From Candidatus Latescibacterota bacterium (GTDB lineage: Bacteria; Latescibacterota; UBA2968; UBA8231), in assembly GCA_965217585.1 (NCBI GenBank), contig OZ244561.1, positions 1,536,001 to 1,600,000 on the forward strand: 64,000 nucleotides of DNA, given 5' to 3'. Below are positions 9,624 through 18,578 of the stretch, piece after piece. The notes beneath the pieces were generated by a model. That model searched no databases. It was not told the origin of the DNA and saw nothing but the letters and a program-made list of their open reading frames with translations. Within the stretch, counting starts at the first letter, position 1; every line of letters starts with the position of its first letter. Made by a program: the position numbers and the translations under genes.

Positions 9624-10436
9624 TCACGCTGCCCGTAGCTCATTTTCGGGCGCGTTCTCCAGCCGCGACAGCCAATAGGACACGTCGTAGTCCTCGTCAC
9701 CGGTCAAGAAGCGCCACAGCTTGATGCGGTTGACGACCTCTAAGCGCACCTCGTTGCCGTACCAGCGATGGTTGGCATTGAGCAGCCCGGGGATTTCCGC
9801 ATCGTCGATATCGTCGGTATTCCACAGCTTCTTCTGCCGCACCGTGGGATTGAGCCGCAGCTTGAACATATAGCGCTTGCGGCCGGTTAGGTTGGGCTGG
9901 GCGCAGTGCCAGATGCCGTGGTGGGCCACGGCCACCGTGCCGGCCTTGCAGACCATCGGCATCTGTCCGAGGAAGTTTTGATAGCGGGCAATATCCGACT
10001 CGCTGACACGGCGGTAGATACTGCCGGGTAGGAACATGGTGCCGCCCATCTCCCGCGGTGTGTCGTGGGCAAAGTAGAAGAGCTGGATATCGAAGTGCAG
10101 CCGGGTGTCGATTATCGCGTCGGCGTGCCAAATCTGCCCGTGCTCGTGGTGGGCATCAACCGTATGTACGGCGTGGTGGTCGTAGAGCGAGCCGGGGCCG
10201 ACTAAGCTGTGAATGATCCCCTGGATATGGGGCAGGCGCACAACCCGGCCGATCGCTGCATCAGTCCATAGCTCGGCAAGCGGTTCGCCAGCGCGGCCCC
10301 GTGGAATCCCGGTTTCCATCTCGGCACAGGCAGCCCGATTCAGCTCGTCGGGCACCAATTCGTCGAAGCGCAAAAAGCCGTCGGCGACAAACTGCGCCAT
10401 TTGCTTAGTATTCAGGAGATATTGCTTATCGACCAT
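9624..10436 (-). CDS. Phytanoyl-CoA dioxygenase (PhyH) family Fe(II)/2OG enzyme
   Basis: QFVADGFL, WHAD (HxD), GGTMFLPGS, and the distal His in HHGIWH. Confidence 0.85.
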   Translation of the reverse strand: MVDKQYLLNTKQMAQFVADGFLRFDELVPDELNRAACAEMETGIPRGRAGEPLAELWTDAAIGRVVRLPHIQGIIHSLVGPGSLYDHHAVHTVDAHHEHGQIWHADAIIDTRLHFDIQLFYFAHDTPREMGGTMFLPGSIYRRVSESDIARYQNFLGQMPMVCKAGTVAVAHHGIWHCAQPNLTGRKRYMFKLRLNPTVRQKKLWNTDDIDDAEIPGLLNANHRWYGNEVRLEVVNRIKLWRFLTGDEDYDVSYWLSRLENAPENELRAA

Positions 10437-10710
10437 CGATTGCCTCCATCTTTTCGAGGATGTACTCGTATTTCAGATAGGACGTGTTGTATTCCATGCC
10501 TGGATAAGCCGGGTACTGCTGCGGAAACTGCACCACCCTCCATCCGTCTCGCATGGCCGCCACCACCGAAGGATAGGGCGGTTCCTCGCTATCGCCGCTG
10601 CTGGACCGCTCCTCGCCCGTGCCGTCGTAAAGCGACCAAGCCACGGTCTGGCTGTGCAAATCGGGAGAATGGGCGTAGAGCACCAATAATTTCTGTCGAA
10701 GCTGGGCCAT
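10426..10710 (-). CDS. Small hypothetical protein coupled to PhyH gene
   Basis: 94-aa ORF with GAGG SD; overlaps the PhyH start by 11 nt. Confidence 0.7.
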   Translation of the reverse strand: MAQLRQKLLVLYAHSPDLHSQTVAWSLYDGTGEERSSSGDSEEPPYPSVVAAMRDGWRVVQFPQQYPAYPGMEYNTSYLKYEYILEKMEAIDGR

Positions 10711-10780
10711 AGCGTCCTCTCATTAAGCTTATTCAATAATAGGACGCGACACAGCCCCCGGCAATGGGCCTCTCGCTCTC

Positions 10781-11626
10781 TCAGTTGCTCGAAAATTCGA
10801 TCAACTGCCCGCCGCACTCGTCTTTCATTTTTTCTAAAGCCCTGTTCCGCAACTGCCGCACGCGCTCGCGGGTGACGCCTATGGAATCGCCGATCTCTTC
10901 CAAGGTCTTGGGTGCGCTGTCGTCGAGGCCAAAATAAGCGCGGACGATCTGGGACTCGCGGGCATCGAGCACCTTCAGACAATCGGCCACAGCCGCGCGC
11001 ATTTCCCCGTCGACGAAGCGCTCGTGCGAGCTGGGTTCAGCCGAGACAAACGTCTGCGCAAACGTCATCTCGCCGTCGGCAAAGGCAGGGGCGTCTAAGG
11101 GCAAATCCGGCTGCCCCATCTCAAAGGCGTTGCGGATGCGCTCTGTCGAGAAATCGACGCAGGCGGCGATTTCCTCAACAGTCGGGGCGCGCCCTAGCTG
11201 CTGGGCAAGGAGCGCGGCCTCCTTTTCGACCTTCTGCCGATCGCTGACCCGACTCAGCGGCGGACGGGCAATTTTGCCGTGTTCGGCTAAGGCCCGGAGG
11301 ATGGCTTGGCGAATCCACCACACCGCATAGGTGATGAACTTAAAGCCGCGCGTCTCGTCAAAGCGCTGGACGGCTTCCAGCAGCCCGAGGTTGCCCTCGG
11401 AAATCAGCTCAATCAGCGAGAGGCCACAGTCCTGGTACTCGCGGGCGACGCGAACCACGAAGCGCAAATTGGCCTGTACCAGCGCCTGACGCGCCTCTTC
11501 GTCACCTGCTTTGGCGCACTTGAAGAGGGCAATTTCTTCCTCGCGACTGAGCGGCTCGGCATTTTTTATATCTCGCCAATAGAGATCGGTCGCCGAGTAC
11601 ATTGTTTCTCTATTTTGTACGTCCAT
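10781..11626 (-). CDS. RNA polymerase sigma factor, RpoD/RpoS-like (no region 1.1)
   Basis: ANLRFVV, EGNLGLLEAVQRFD, FITYAVWWIRQAI, and region 4 TLEEIG..GVTRERVRQ. Confidence 0.9.
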   Translation of the reverse strand: MDVQNRETMYSATDLYWRDIKNAEPLSREEEIALFKCAKAGDEEARQALVQANLRFVVRVAREYQDCGLSLIELISEGNLGLLEAVQRFDETRGFKFITYAVWWIRQAILRALAEHGKIARPPLSRVSDRQKVEKEAALLAQQLGRAPTVEEIAACVDFSTERIRNAFEMGQPDLPLDAPAFADGEMTFAQTFVSAEPSSHERFVDGEMRAAVADCLKVLDARESQIVRAYFGLDDSAPKTLEEIGDSIGVTRERVRQLRNRALEKMKDECGGQLIEFSSN

Positions 11627-11741
11627 TTCAGTCCCCAAAGTTTGCAGTGATCAACCTTTACGTTCACGTTAAGGTTTAAGATAGAATACTTAGTGAACAC
11701 GCGCAAATACAATCTTGTGACGCACCAAGACGGCCAAGTAT

Positions 11742-12164
11742 TCAATCCAAAGGCGTTCGGCGGCTCTTTTTTTTCTCGGAATGACGCTGCTTGCTGTCGA
11801 GGCGACGCGCTTGGGCGGCGCGGCTGGGCTTGGTTTTTTCGCGCTTGGGCGGCTTCTTGAGCGCCGCGGCGAGCAGGGCGGCCAGCTTGTTGAGGCAGTC
11901 GGCGCGATTGCGCCCCTGCGTGCGAAATCGCTCCGACTGGATCGAGAGAGCGCCGGTGCTGTTCAGCCGCACAGCGAGCTTCTCGGCAATCCGCTGGCGC
12001 TGCTCGTCGCTGAGCACCGCACTGTGGACAAAGTCAAACTGTAGTTCGACGGCGGTATTGAGCTTGTTGACGTTTTGTCCCCCCGGTCCAGAACTGCGGC
12101 GAAACTTGAAACGCAGTTCGGAAAACGGGATGGACAGAGAGGGCGAGACGTATAGGGTTTCCAT
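11742..12164 (-). CDS. arfB: Alternative ribosome rescue peptidyl-tRNA hydrolase ArfB
   Basis: RSSGPGGQNVNK (GGQ motif) and a basic C-terminal tail. Confidence 0.92.
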   Translation of the reverse strand: METLYVSPSLSIPFSELRFKFRRSSGPGGQNVNKLNTAVELQFDFVHSAVLSDEQRQRIAEKLAVRLNSTGALSIQSERFRTQGRNRADCLNKLAALLAAALKKPPKREKTKPSRAAQARRLDSKQRHSEKKKSRRTPLD

Positions 12165-12295
12165 AATTGGTGGTCGCTCCCAAGCCTGCAGGCTTGGGTT
12201 GTACGGCCTGAAGACTTGAAGATAACCTAATGCCTATCCTTTATTATGTCCCATAGTACACCCGCTATCACGTTTTCGCCAAGGAGATACTCTCT

Positions 12296-13462
12296 ATGAA
12301 ACGCTATACCGCGGCAATTGTCGGCTGTGGCTCCATAGGCAACGCCCACATGGAAGGCTACAACCTCGTGGACGAGGTCGAGGTGATCGCCGTCGCCGAC
12401 CCGGTCGCCATGGCTCGCAAAACCTACGTGGACGCATACGGCATCCCGCAGGAGTTTGAGACGGTCGAAGAGATGATGGAAAAGGCCCGGCCCGACATCG
12501 TCAGCGTCTGCACTTGGCACCTTTTGCATCCGGCACCCACCATTGCCGCGGCCGAGGGCGGTGCCCGCGCCGTCATCTGCGAAAAACCCATGGCCATCGG
12601 CATGGCCGCAGCCGACTCCATGGTCGAGGCCTGCGAAGCGCACGGCACCAAACTGGTCATCAGCCATCAGCGCCGCTTTACCCCGGGTTGGGAAAAAGCC
12701 AAGGCGCTAGTCGAAAAGGGCGCGATCGGCGAGCCGATCTTCGTCACCAACAAGGTCGCCGACGGCCTGACCAACTGGGGCACCCACTCCATTGACGGCT
12801 CGCGCTTCGTGCTCGGCGACCCCCGCGCCGAATGGGTCATGGGTGCGGTCGAGCGCCGCACCGACCGCTACGAGCGCGACACCATGATCGAAGACGCCTG
12901 CATGGGTTTGGTCCACTTCGCAGGCGATCTCCAGCTTTTCATTCAGTCCGACCTCATGCGCGAGGGAGCTGGTGCCGGCCACTTTGAAATCCGCGGCAGC
13001 GAAGGGATCTTATCGGTGAGCGAGACCCGGCTCCAGCTTATGAACGCCTCCTCTGGCGGCTGGCGGGAAGTCGATCTCGCGCTCGCCGAAGGCACCAAGG
13101 CCATTGGCGGCAACACCAACGCCGCCCAAGTCCGCGAACTCATCGCCTGTCTCGAAGGCCACAAGGCCGAGCACCGCAACGCGGGCACCACGGCCCGTGA
13201 CACCGTGGAAATTATGATGGCCCTCTACGAATCGGCGCGCCGCAACTGCGTGATCCACCTGCCGCTGCAAGAAAAGGGCTATCCCCTCCAGCTCATGGTC
13301 GAGGAGGGCGGCCTACCCGTGGAAGTCGAGGGTCGCTACGACATCCGCGGCTTTCTCAAGCGCGATGGCATCGACGAGGTCAAGTACAAAAAGCTCTGGA
13401 ACGAGGGCATGGGGCACCACCAAATCATGCGCCAGCTCCACGACGAAATGAACCCGCGTTGA
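12296..13462 (+). CDS. Gfo/Idh/MocA family oxidoreductase
   Basis: IVGCGSIG, CEKPMA, HQRRF and WGTHSID motifs; AAGGAG SD. Confidence 0.88.
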   Translation: MKRYTAAIVGCGSIGNAHMEGYNLVDEVEVIAVADPVAMARKTYVDAYGIPQEFETVEEMMEKARPDIVSVCTWHLLHPAPTIAAAEGGARAVICEKPMAIGMAAADSMVEACEAHGTKLVISHQRRFTPGWEKAKALVEKGAIGEPIFVTNKVADGLTNWGTHSIDGSRFVLGDPRAEWVMGAVERRTDRYERDTMIEDACMGLVHFAGDLQLFIQSDLMREGAGAGHFEIRGSEGILSVSETRLQLMNASSGGWREVDLALAEGTKAIGGNTNAAQVRELIACLEGHKAEHRNAGTTARDTVEIMMALYESARRNCVIHLPLQEKGYPLQLMVEEGGLPVEVEGRYDIRGFLKRDGIDEVKYKKLWNEGMGHHQIMRQLHDEMNPR

Positions 13463-13486
13463 CTGTGCCCGGACCGGGGCAACATA

Positions 13487-13515
13487 TTGACATTCCCCGG
13501 TCCCTCCAGTACTTT
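13487..13515 (+). promoter_or_regulatory. sigma70-type promoter for rpsR
   Basis: TTGACA (13487-13492), 17-nt spacer, TACTTT (13510-13515). Confidence 0.55.
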
Positions 13516-13527
13516 TTATCCTTTTGA

Positions 13528-13800
13528 ATGTACGCACCCGCCCAAGCGGGTGCCTTAACAAGGAGCGTCGTCATCAACAAGTTCCGCAGTTCGCGCCGAG
13601 AGGCCGTAGCCAAGCTCAAGTCCGAAGACATTGACTACAAGCGCCTCGATGTCCTAGTCAAGTTTATTACGCCGACCGGCAAGATCGAATCGGCCCGGCG
13701 CACCGGTGCCACGCGCAAGCAGCAGACGCGCGTCGTCCGCGCCATCAAGCGCGCCCGCTATTTAGCCCTCGTCCCCCACACCATCGACGACATTCGTTGA
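13528..13800 (+). CDS. rpsR: 30S ribosomal protein S18 (start uncertain)
   Basis: IDYKRLDVLVKFITPTGKI...RRTG...AIKRARYLALVP. Confidence 0.9.
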   Translation: MYAPAQAGALTRSVVINKFRSSRREAVAKLKSEDIDYKRLDVLVKFITPTGKIESARRTGATRKQQTRVVRAIKRARYLALVPHTIDDIR

Positions 13801-13818
13801 CCGAGCCAAGCGCGCCCA

Positions 13819-14268
13819 ATGGCTGCCATAGGGCTGATTGAGACTCGCGGTCTCGTCGGCGTCATCGAAGCAGCCGACGCGGCCGTAAAATCTGCTCCGG
13901 TAGAGCTCCTCGGTATCAAGCCCATTGGCGGCGGGCTGGTTTCAACGCACTTTAGAGGTGAGGTTGCCGCCGTCCAAGTGGCTGTGCAAGCCGGCGTTGA
14001 AGCCGCGCGCAAGGTCAGCCAAGTGATTAGCCACCGCGTCATTCCCGCCCCCCATTTAGACATAGAAAACCTGCTCCTGCACCAGCCCCAAGCAGCCACC
14101 CCGCCAACGCAGCCACCCCCCGACGAATTAGAGGGCTTGCCGGTCGCCCGCCTGCGCCAACTCGTGCGCCAGCTACCCGACGCTCAGCTCAAGGGCCGCC
14201 AAGTTTCGCGGGCCAACAAAGAGACGCTCCTCCGCGAACTGCGCCGTGCCTCGGCACCAGACACTTAA
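13819..14268 (+). CDS. BMC-H microcompartment shell protein with C-terminal helical extension
   Basis: AIGLIETRGLVGVIEAADAAVKSA...GEVAAV...VIPAPH BMC domain, then a Pro-rich linker and a helical domain. Confidence 0.88.
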   Translation: MAAIGLIETRGLVGVIEAADAAVKSAPVELLGIKPIGGGLVSTHFRGEVAAVQVAVQAGVEAARKVSQVISHRVIPAPHLDIENLLLHQPQAATPPTQPPPDELEGLPVARLRQLVRQLPDAQLKGRQVSRANKETLLRELRRASAPDT

Positions 14269-14284
14269 ACCATACGAGGTCTCA

Positions 14285-14608
14285 GTGGACAACCTGTGGA
14301 ACAATCTCGTGAAAGGGCTACAAGAAGGCGCGGCGGTCGCCGCCGACAAGGCCGGCGACCTGACCCGTCTAGCGCGTGCCCGGCTCGATATCGCCGCTGC
14401 TAGGACCCAACTCCACCGCACCCAAGCGGATCTAGGGGCGAGGGTCCACCAGCTCCTCGAAGCCGGTACCGACCCAGGGACCGACGATCAAGTACAAGCA
14501 CTGAACCAACAGATCAAGGAACAGAGTGCTGCGCTCGCGGATTGCGAGGCGGCCTATGAGGCGCTGCAGAGCACGTTGCGCACGGCTGGAGAGCGCAACG
14601 CCGATTAA
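14285..14608 (+). CDS. Hypothetical coiled-coil protein
   Basis: GTG start with GAGG SD; Ala/Leu/Gln-rich helical pattern. Confidence 0.65.
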   Translation: MDNLWNNLVKGLQEGAAVAADKAGDLTRLARARLDIAAARTQLHRTQADLGARVHQLLEAGTDPGTDDQVQALNQQIKEQSAALADCEAAYEALQSTLRTAGERNAD

Positions 14609-15744
14609 GAGCCTAGCGGCAGTAGCGTCTGCGGGGAGTCAGGCGGTGCGGCGGCCTTGCTTTTGCGCCGGTGTGCTGCAAAGCAGCCGTTCGGTTCCTC
14701 GCTGTATTGCGCCACCAGCGTCACGCCGTCGGCTTCGCCGCTGATCGAAAATTCCGTTACGTCGTTTAGCAACAAGTCCTGTTCCTGAGCCGTCATTACC
14801 GGAAATCCGTAATGGCGGCTCGCGTATTTCAACGGGCCGCTCTCTGCCGTGCGCGCGGCGGCCCACTCCGCGTGCCGAGCTAGCCGGGCGTGATTGTATT
14901 CGTTGGCGGCAGGAGGTGTGGAGCACAGCAGGTTTTGTGAGACCGGCACCAACGTCCCGTCAATTTCCATGCCAATAGAGTTTCTTCCCGCTGTTAAGGC
15001 GGCCGCCAGCGTCGTCCCAGTCCCCGCAAACGGATCGAGCACCAAGTCTTCTTTGACGGAAAACATGCAGATGAGCCGGTAGGCCAACTCGAACGGAAAG
15101 GCCGCGCTGCGCTCGCGGGTTGGCGCATCGACAAGTCCCTGCGAAGCTCCTTTTACATCGAACCACACGTCTGAGAACCAGACGTTGCGCTCCTCCCAGA
15201 AGAAGGCGCTCTCGCGCCGGTTGGCTTTCTCCGCGGCCGTTGTGAATGTTCGCCGCCGCCCTTTTCTAAGCACGAGAATGTACTCGTGCTCGTAGGTCAC
15301 ATACGCCCCTACGGGCAGCATCCCAGACCCCATAAATTTATTGGGGGCGTTGGTTTGCTTGCGCCATAGTATATCGGGCAAAGCCGCAAAACCCTGGCCG
15401 AGAAAACTGCTCAGTATGCGGGAGTGATTGGAGTAGAGCTGGAAGTCGCCATCCAAGGTTCGGGTGGCGTCGCCAATGTTGACGCAGGCAATGGCCCCCG
15501 GCTTCATGACGCGGTTACACTCCAGCCAAACCGCATCGAGCAGCTCGTGCATGAGCGCGAAAGCAGCCCGTCCGTTGTCACGAGGCAGTTGCTCTGCGAT
15601 GCGGCTGTCTTGGAGCGCGAAAATCTCATCCCACATTTCCACCATCGGATAAGGCGGCGAGGTGACGATCAAATCGACCGACTCATCCAGGATTCCTGCC
15701 ATGGACTGGGCAGGGCCGCATATTAGTTTAGCGGTGGTTTGCAT
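14605..15744 (-). CDS. Site-specific DNA methyltransferase (N4C/N6A, beta class)
   Basis: Catalytic VTSPPY precedes the SAM-binding LDPFAGTGTT. Confidence 0.88.
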   Translation of the reverse strand: MQTTAKLICGPAQSMAGILDESVDLIVTSPPYPMVEMWDEIFALQDSRIAEQLPRDNGRAAFALMHELLDAVWLECNRVMKPGAIACVNIGDATRTLDGDFQLYSNHSRILSSFLGQGFAALPDILWRKQTNAPNKFMGSGMLPVGAYVTYEHEYILVLRKGRRRTFTTAAEKANRRESAFFWEERNVWFSDVWFDVKGASQGLVDAPTRERSAAFPFELAYRLICMFSVKEDLVLDPFAGTGTTLAAALTAGRNSIGMEIDGTLVPVSQNLLCSTPPAANEYNHARLARHAEWAAARTAESGPLKYASRHYGFPVMTAQEQDLLLNDVTEFSISGEADGVTLVAQYSEEPNGCFAAHRRKSKAAAPPDSPQTLLPLGS

Positions 15745-15894
15745 GGATGTTGTAATTCATCGACGTTTCTGGGATTTTGAATAATCTCCATGAAAGCATG
15801 AAATCACTTCAGACCGCTGCGGCCTCGTCGCCGTTGATTGCGGCTGCTCGATGCCGTATCCTTTCGGTAGCACCCCTGCACAAGGAGGACAACC

Positions 15895-16734
15895 ATGGCC
15901 ACACCCCGCATTGACGACCGCGACTGGTCGGCCCTCACCACCGGCCAGCGCATCCGCCACCTCGAAGTCGAAGGCTACCTCGTCTTGCCCGACCTGCTCG
16001 ACTCCGACCACATCGCCCGCCTCAAAGCCATAACCGCAACTTTTGAGACCACGGCCGTCGATTACAGCGAACGCCAGCGCGGCCGCAGCAATATCCAATT
16101 CGACGGCGGCGAAATCACCGCCCTGCTTGGCCACCCGCCGACGCTCGCGTTCCTGCGCGAGCTTTTGGGCGACGAAGTGATCTTCATGCACTACGGCTAT
16201 GCTCGCTCCGAACCCGGCCATCCCGGCATCAGCCTCCACGCTGATGGCCAACCCTACGGCTCCAAAATTTTCGGCTTTGAAGGCTCTTGCCCGGTGTTGA
16301 TACGAGTGCTCTACTATCTCGACGACCTCATACCAGAAGTCTCGCCTTTCCGCGTGGTGCCGCGCTCGCACCTGTGCCTGCACGCCGACGCCAACCCCTA
16401 TACGCGCTACGAATCCCACCCCGAAGAAGTCATGGTTCCCTGCAAGGCCGGTTCTGCCGTGCTCATCAACCACCGCGTCTTCCACGGCAACTTCCCCAAC
16501 ATCGGCGCCTACCCGCGCGAAATGCTGGCCGTCGCCTACCGACCTGCTTGGGCCGGGCCGGTCGACGAAATCGTCCCTTGGAGCGAGGAAGATCTCCAGA
16601 CCTTGCCCGACGAAATCCGCCCGCTCTTCGCCGACCGCAACACGCGCCACTGGGACTACGACGGCGGCAACAAGCCCCCGAACATGGCCTCGGAGGCTCC
16701 GGGCATGGATCCCAGCCGTTGGGAGCACGCCTAA
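15895..16734 (+). CDS. Phytanoyl-CoA dioxygenase (PhyH) family protein
   Basis: EGYLVLPDLL, LHADG, VVPRSH and HRVFHG motifs; AAGGAGG SD. Confidence 0.85.
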   Translation: MATPRIDDRDWSALTTGQRIRHLEVEGYLVLPDLLDSDHIARLKAITATFETTAVDYSERQRGRSNIQFDGGEITALLGHPPTLAFLRELLGDEVIFMHYGYARSEPGHPGISLHADGQPYGSKIFGFEGSCPVLIRVLYYLDDLIPEVSPFRVVPRSHLCLHADANPYTRYESHPEEVMVPCKAGSAVLINHRVFHGNFPNIGAYPREMLAVAYRPAWAGPVDEIVPWSEEDLQTLPDEIRPLFADRNTRHWDYDGGNKPPNMASEAPGMDPSRWEHA

Positions 16735-16736
16735 CG

Positions 16737-17477
16737 CTACCGAGTGAACACCGTTCCCCGCACGTAAGACCCTTCCTCGGAAGCCAAAAACGCCAAGACC
16801 CGCGCCACCCCCATTGGGTCCCCCAGCACGGCGTTCCGCTTTGCTTCCTCTGGGTCGCGGCCTGCGGCCTCTGCCGCCTGCGCTATATTCTCCAGCTTCA
16901 GCGGCGTTGCAATCCCCCCAGGGCAAATCACGTGCAAGCGCACCCCTTTGGGGCCTAACTCACCTTCCAGCTTGTAGTGCAACCCGTGCTGCCCAGCCTT
17001 GCTCGCGGCATAAGCATAGGACGAGGAACCGCCCCGTACCCCCGCTCCCGAGGCGATGATCAGCAGCACGGACGTGCCGGCTGCCGCCAAGAGCGGCGTC
17101 GCGTATTTGGCCGAGAGGAAGGTGCCCTTCAAGTTGGTATCGAGCGTCGCGTCCCAATCCTCCTCCGACAGTTCCTCAATGGTCTTGTACGCTCCCGTCA
17201 AGACCCCGGCCGCGAAAACCGCCACATCGAGGTGGGTGGTGTGCTCCCTGATCTGCGCGGCCGACGCGGCCACGCTCTCTTCCAAACGCACGTCCGTTGC
17301 GTAGAAATGCGCTTGGCCCCCTGCGGCCTCGATCTGCGCCACGGCGGCTTGGCCCTCCGCTGCGTTGTAATCCACGATGTGGACGCGCGCCCCTTTTTGG
17401 GCGAAAAGCTCGGCCGTGGCCCGGCCAATGCCGGTAGCTCCGCCAGTTACCAACGCATCTTTGTTTGCTAGCTTCAC
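16737..17477 (-). CDS. SDR family oxidoreductase
   Basis: TGGATGIG and YAASK motifs; AAGGAGG SD before GTG. Confidence 0.9.
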   Translation of the reverse strand: MKLANKDALVTGGATGIGRATAELFAQKGARVHIVDYNAAEGQAAVAQIEAAGGQAHFYATDVRLEESVAASAAQIREHTTHLDVAVFAAGVLTGAYKTIEELSEEDWDATLDTNLKGTFLSAKYATPLLAAAGTSVLLIIASGAGVRGGSSSYAYAASKAGQHGLHYKLEGELGPKGVRLHVICPGGIATPLKLENIAQAAEAAGRDPEEAKRNAVLGDPMGVARVLAFLASEEGSYVRGTVFTR

Positions 17478-17573
17478 ACGTACCTCCTTCTATCGCGTGC
17501 GGCGCCGCGGCAAAAGTTGCCGATATATCGCCATGGGGTATTTTCTACAAGTGATCTGTTCAAACTCCGCCAC

Positions 17574-18578
17574 ATGACCACCAATCGCCAACTCGCCGTC
17601 TGGCTCCTCGCTGTCTCGGCCCTCATCGTCGTCCTCGTAGTGTACGGGGGCTGGGTGCGCCTGACCCGATCGGGCCTATCCATAGTCGAGTGGAACGTCG
17701 TCACCGGCGTCGTTCCGCCGCTGAGTGCTGCGGCTTGGGAAAGCGAATTCGCCAAGTACCGGCAGACACCCGAATACCAGCTCGTCAACTATGGCATGGG
17801 GCTGGACGAATTCAAGTTTATCTACTACATGGAGTTCGGCCACCGCTTGCTCGGCCGACTGGCCGGGTTGCTCTTTGTGGTGCCCCTACTCTATTTCCTC
17901 TACCGCCGAGCCATTTCCCGCGCCCACATACCCGCCTATCTGGGCATTGGCCTGCTCTTCGCCCTCCAAGGCTTGGTGGGCTGGCTAATGGTCAAAAGCG
18001 GCCTAGACGACCGGCCCCAAGTAAGTCACCTGCGCTTGACCTTGCACCTTTGTTGCGCCCTAGCCCTTTTGGCTGCTTGCCTATGGCAGGCCCTCGGCTA
18101 TCTGTCGTCTGCGGCAAAGGCCCGGCCGGTGCCCCGCACCGCACGCCAACTTTGCGCTTGGCTGTTTGCCGCCGTCTGCCTTCAGATCGCCGCTGGCGGC
18201 CTAGTCGCCGGGCTCAAGGCCGGCTACCTGTCGGACACCTTCCCCAAAATGTTCGGGGTTTGGGTGCCGGCTGGCTTGTGGTCTATGCAGCCGCCGCTCG
18301 TAAACCTGCTCGACAATGCCACTACCGTCCACTTCCAACACCGCTTCTTCGCCTTTGCGGTCCTCGGGCTGGCACTAGCTCTGTGGGCGCCCGCCCGCCG
18401 CACGGCCCTAAAAACTGGGGCCGACCTAATCCTCTGCTTGGTAGTGGTGCAGATCGGCTTGGGGATCGGCACTGTCGTCACGCATGTGCCCTTGGTCTTG
18501 GCCTCGCTGCATCAGGCAATGGCCGTGGCCCTGTTCGCTGCCGCGCTTTTTCTTTGCCACCGCGCGTACAGAGGCTAG
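17574..18578 (+). CDS. ctaA: Heme A synthase (COX15/CtaA)
   Basis: GGWVRLTRSGLSIVEW, EFGHRLLGR, GWLMVKSGL, HFQHR and LHQ; multiple transmembrane segments. Confidence 0.88.
   Translation: MTTNRQLAVWLLAVSALIVVLVVYGGWVRLTRSGLSIVEWNVVTGVVPPLSAAAWESEFAKYRQTPEYQLVNYGMGLDEFKFIYYMEFGHRLLGRLAGLLFVVPLLYFLYRRAISRAHIPAYLGIGLLFALQGLVGWLMVKSGLDDRPQVSHLRLTLHLCCALALLAACLWQALGYLSSAAKARPVPRTARQLCAWLFAAVCLQIAAGGLVAGLKAGYLSDTFPKMFGVWVPAGLWSMQPPLVNLLDNATTVHFQHRFFAFAVLGLALALWAPARRTALKTGADLILCLVVVQIGLGIGTVVTHVPLVLASLHQAMAVALFAAALFLCHRAYRG

Noticed and set aside
15757-16926. 389-aa minus-strand ORF
   Set aside because: Antisense shadow of the PhyH gene at 15895-16734.
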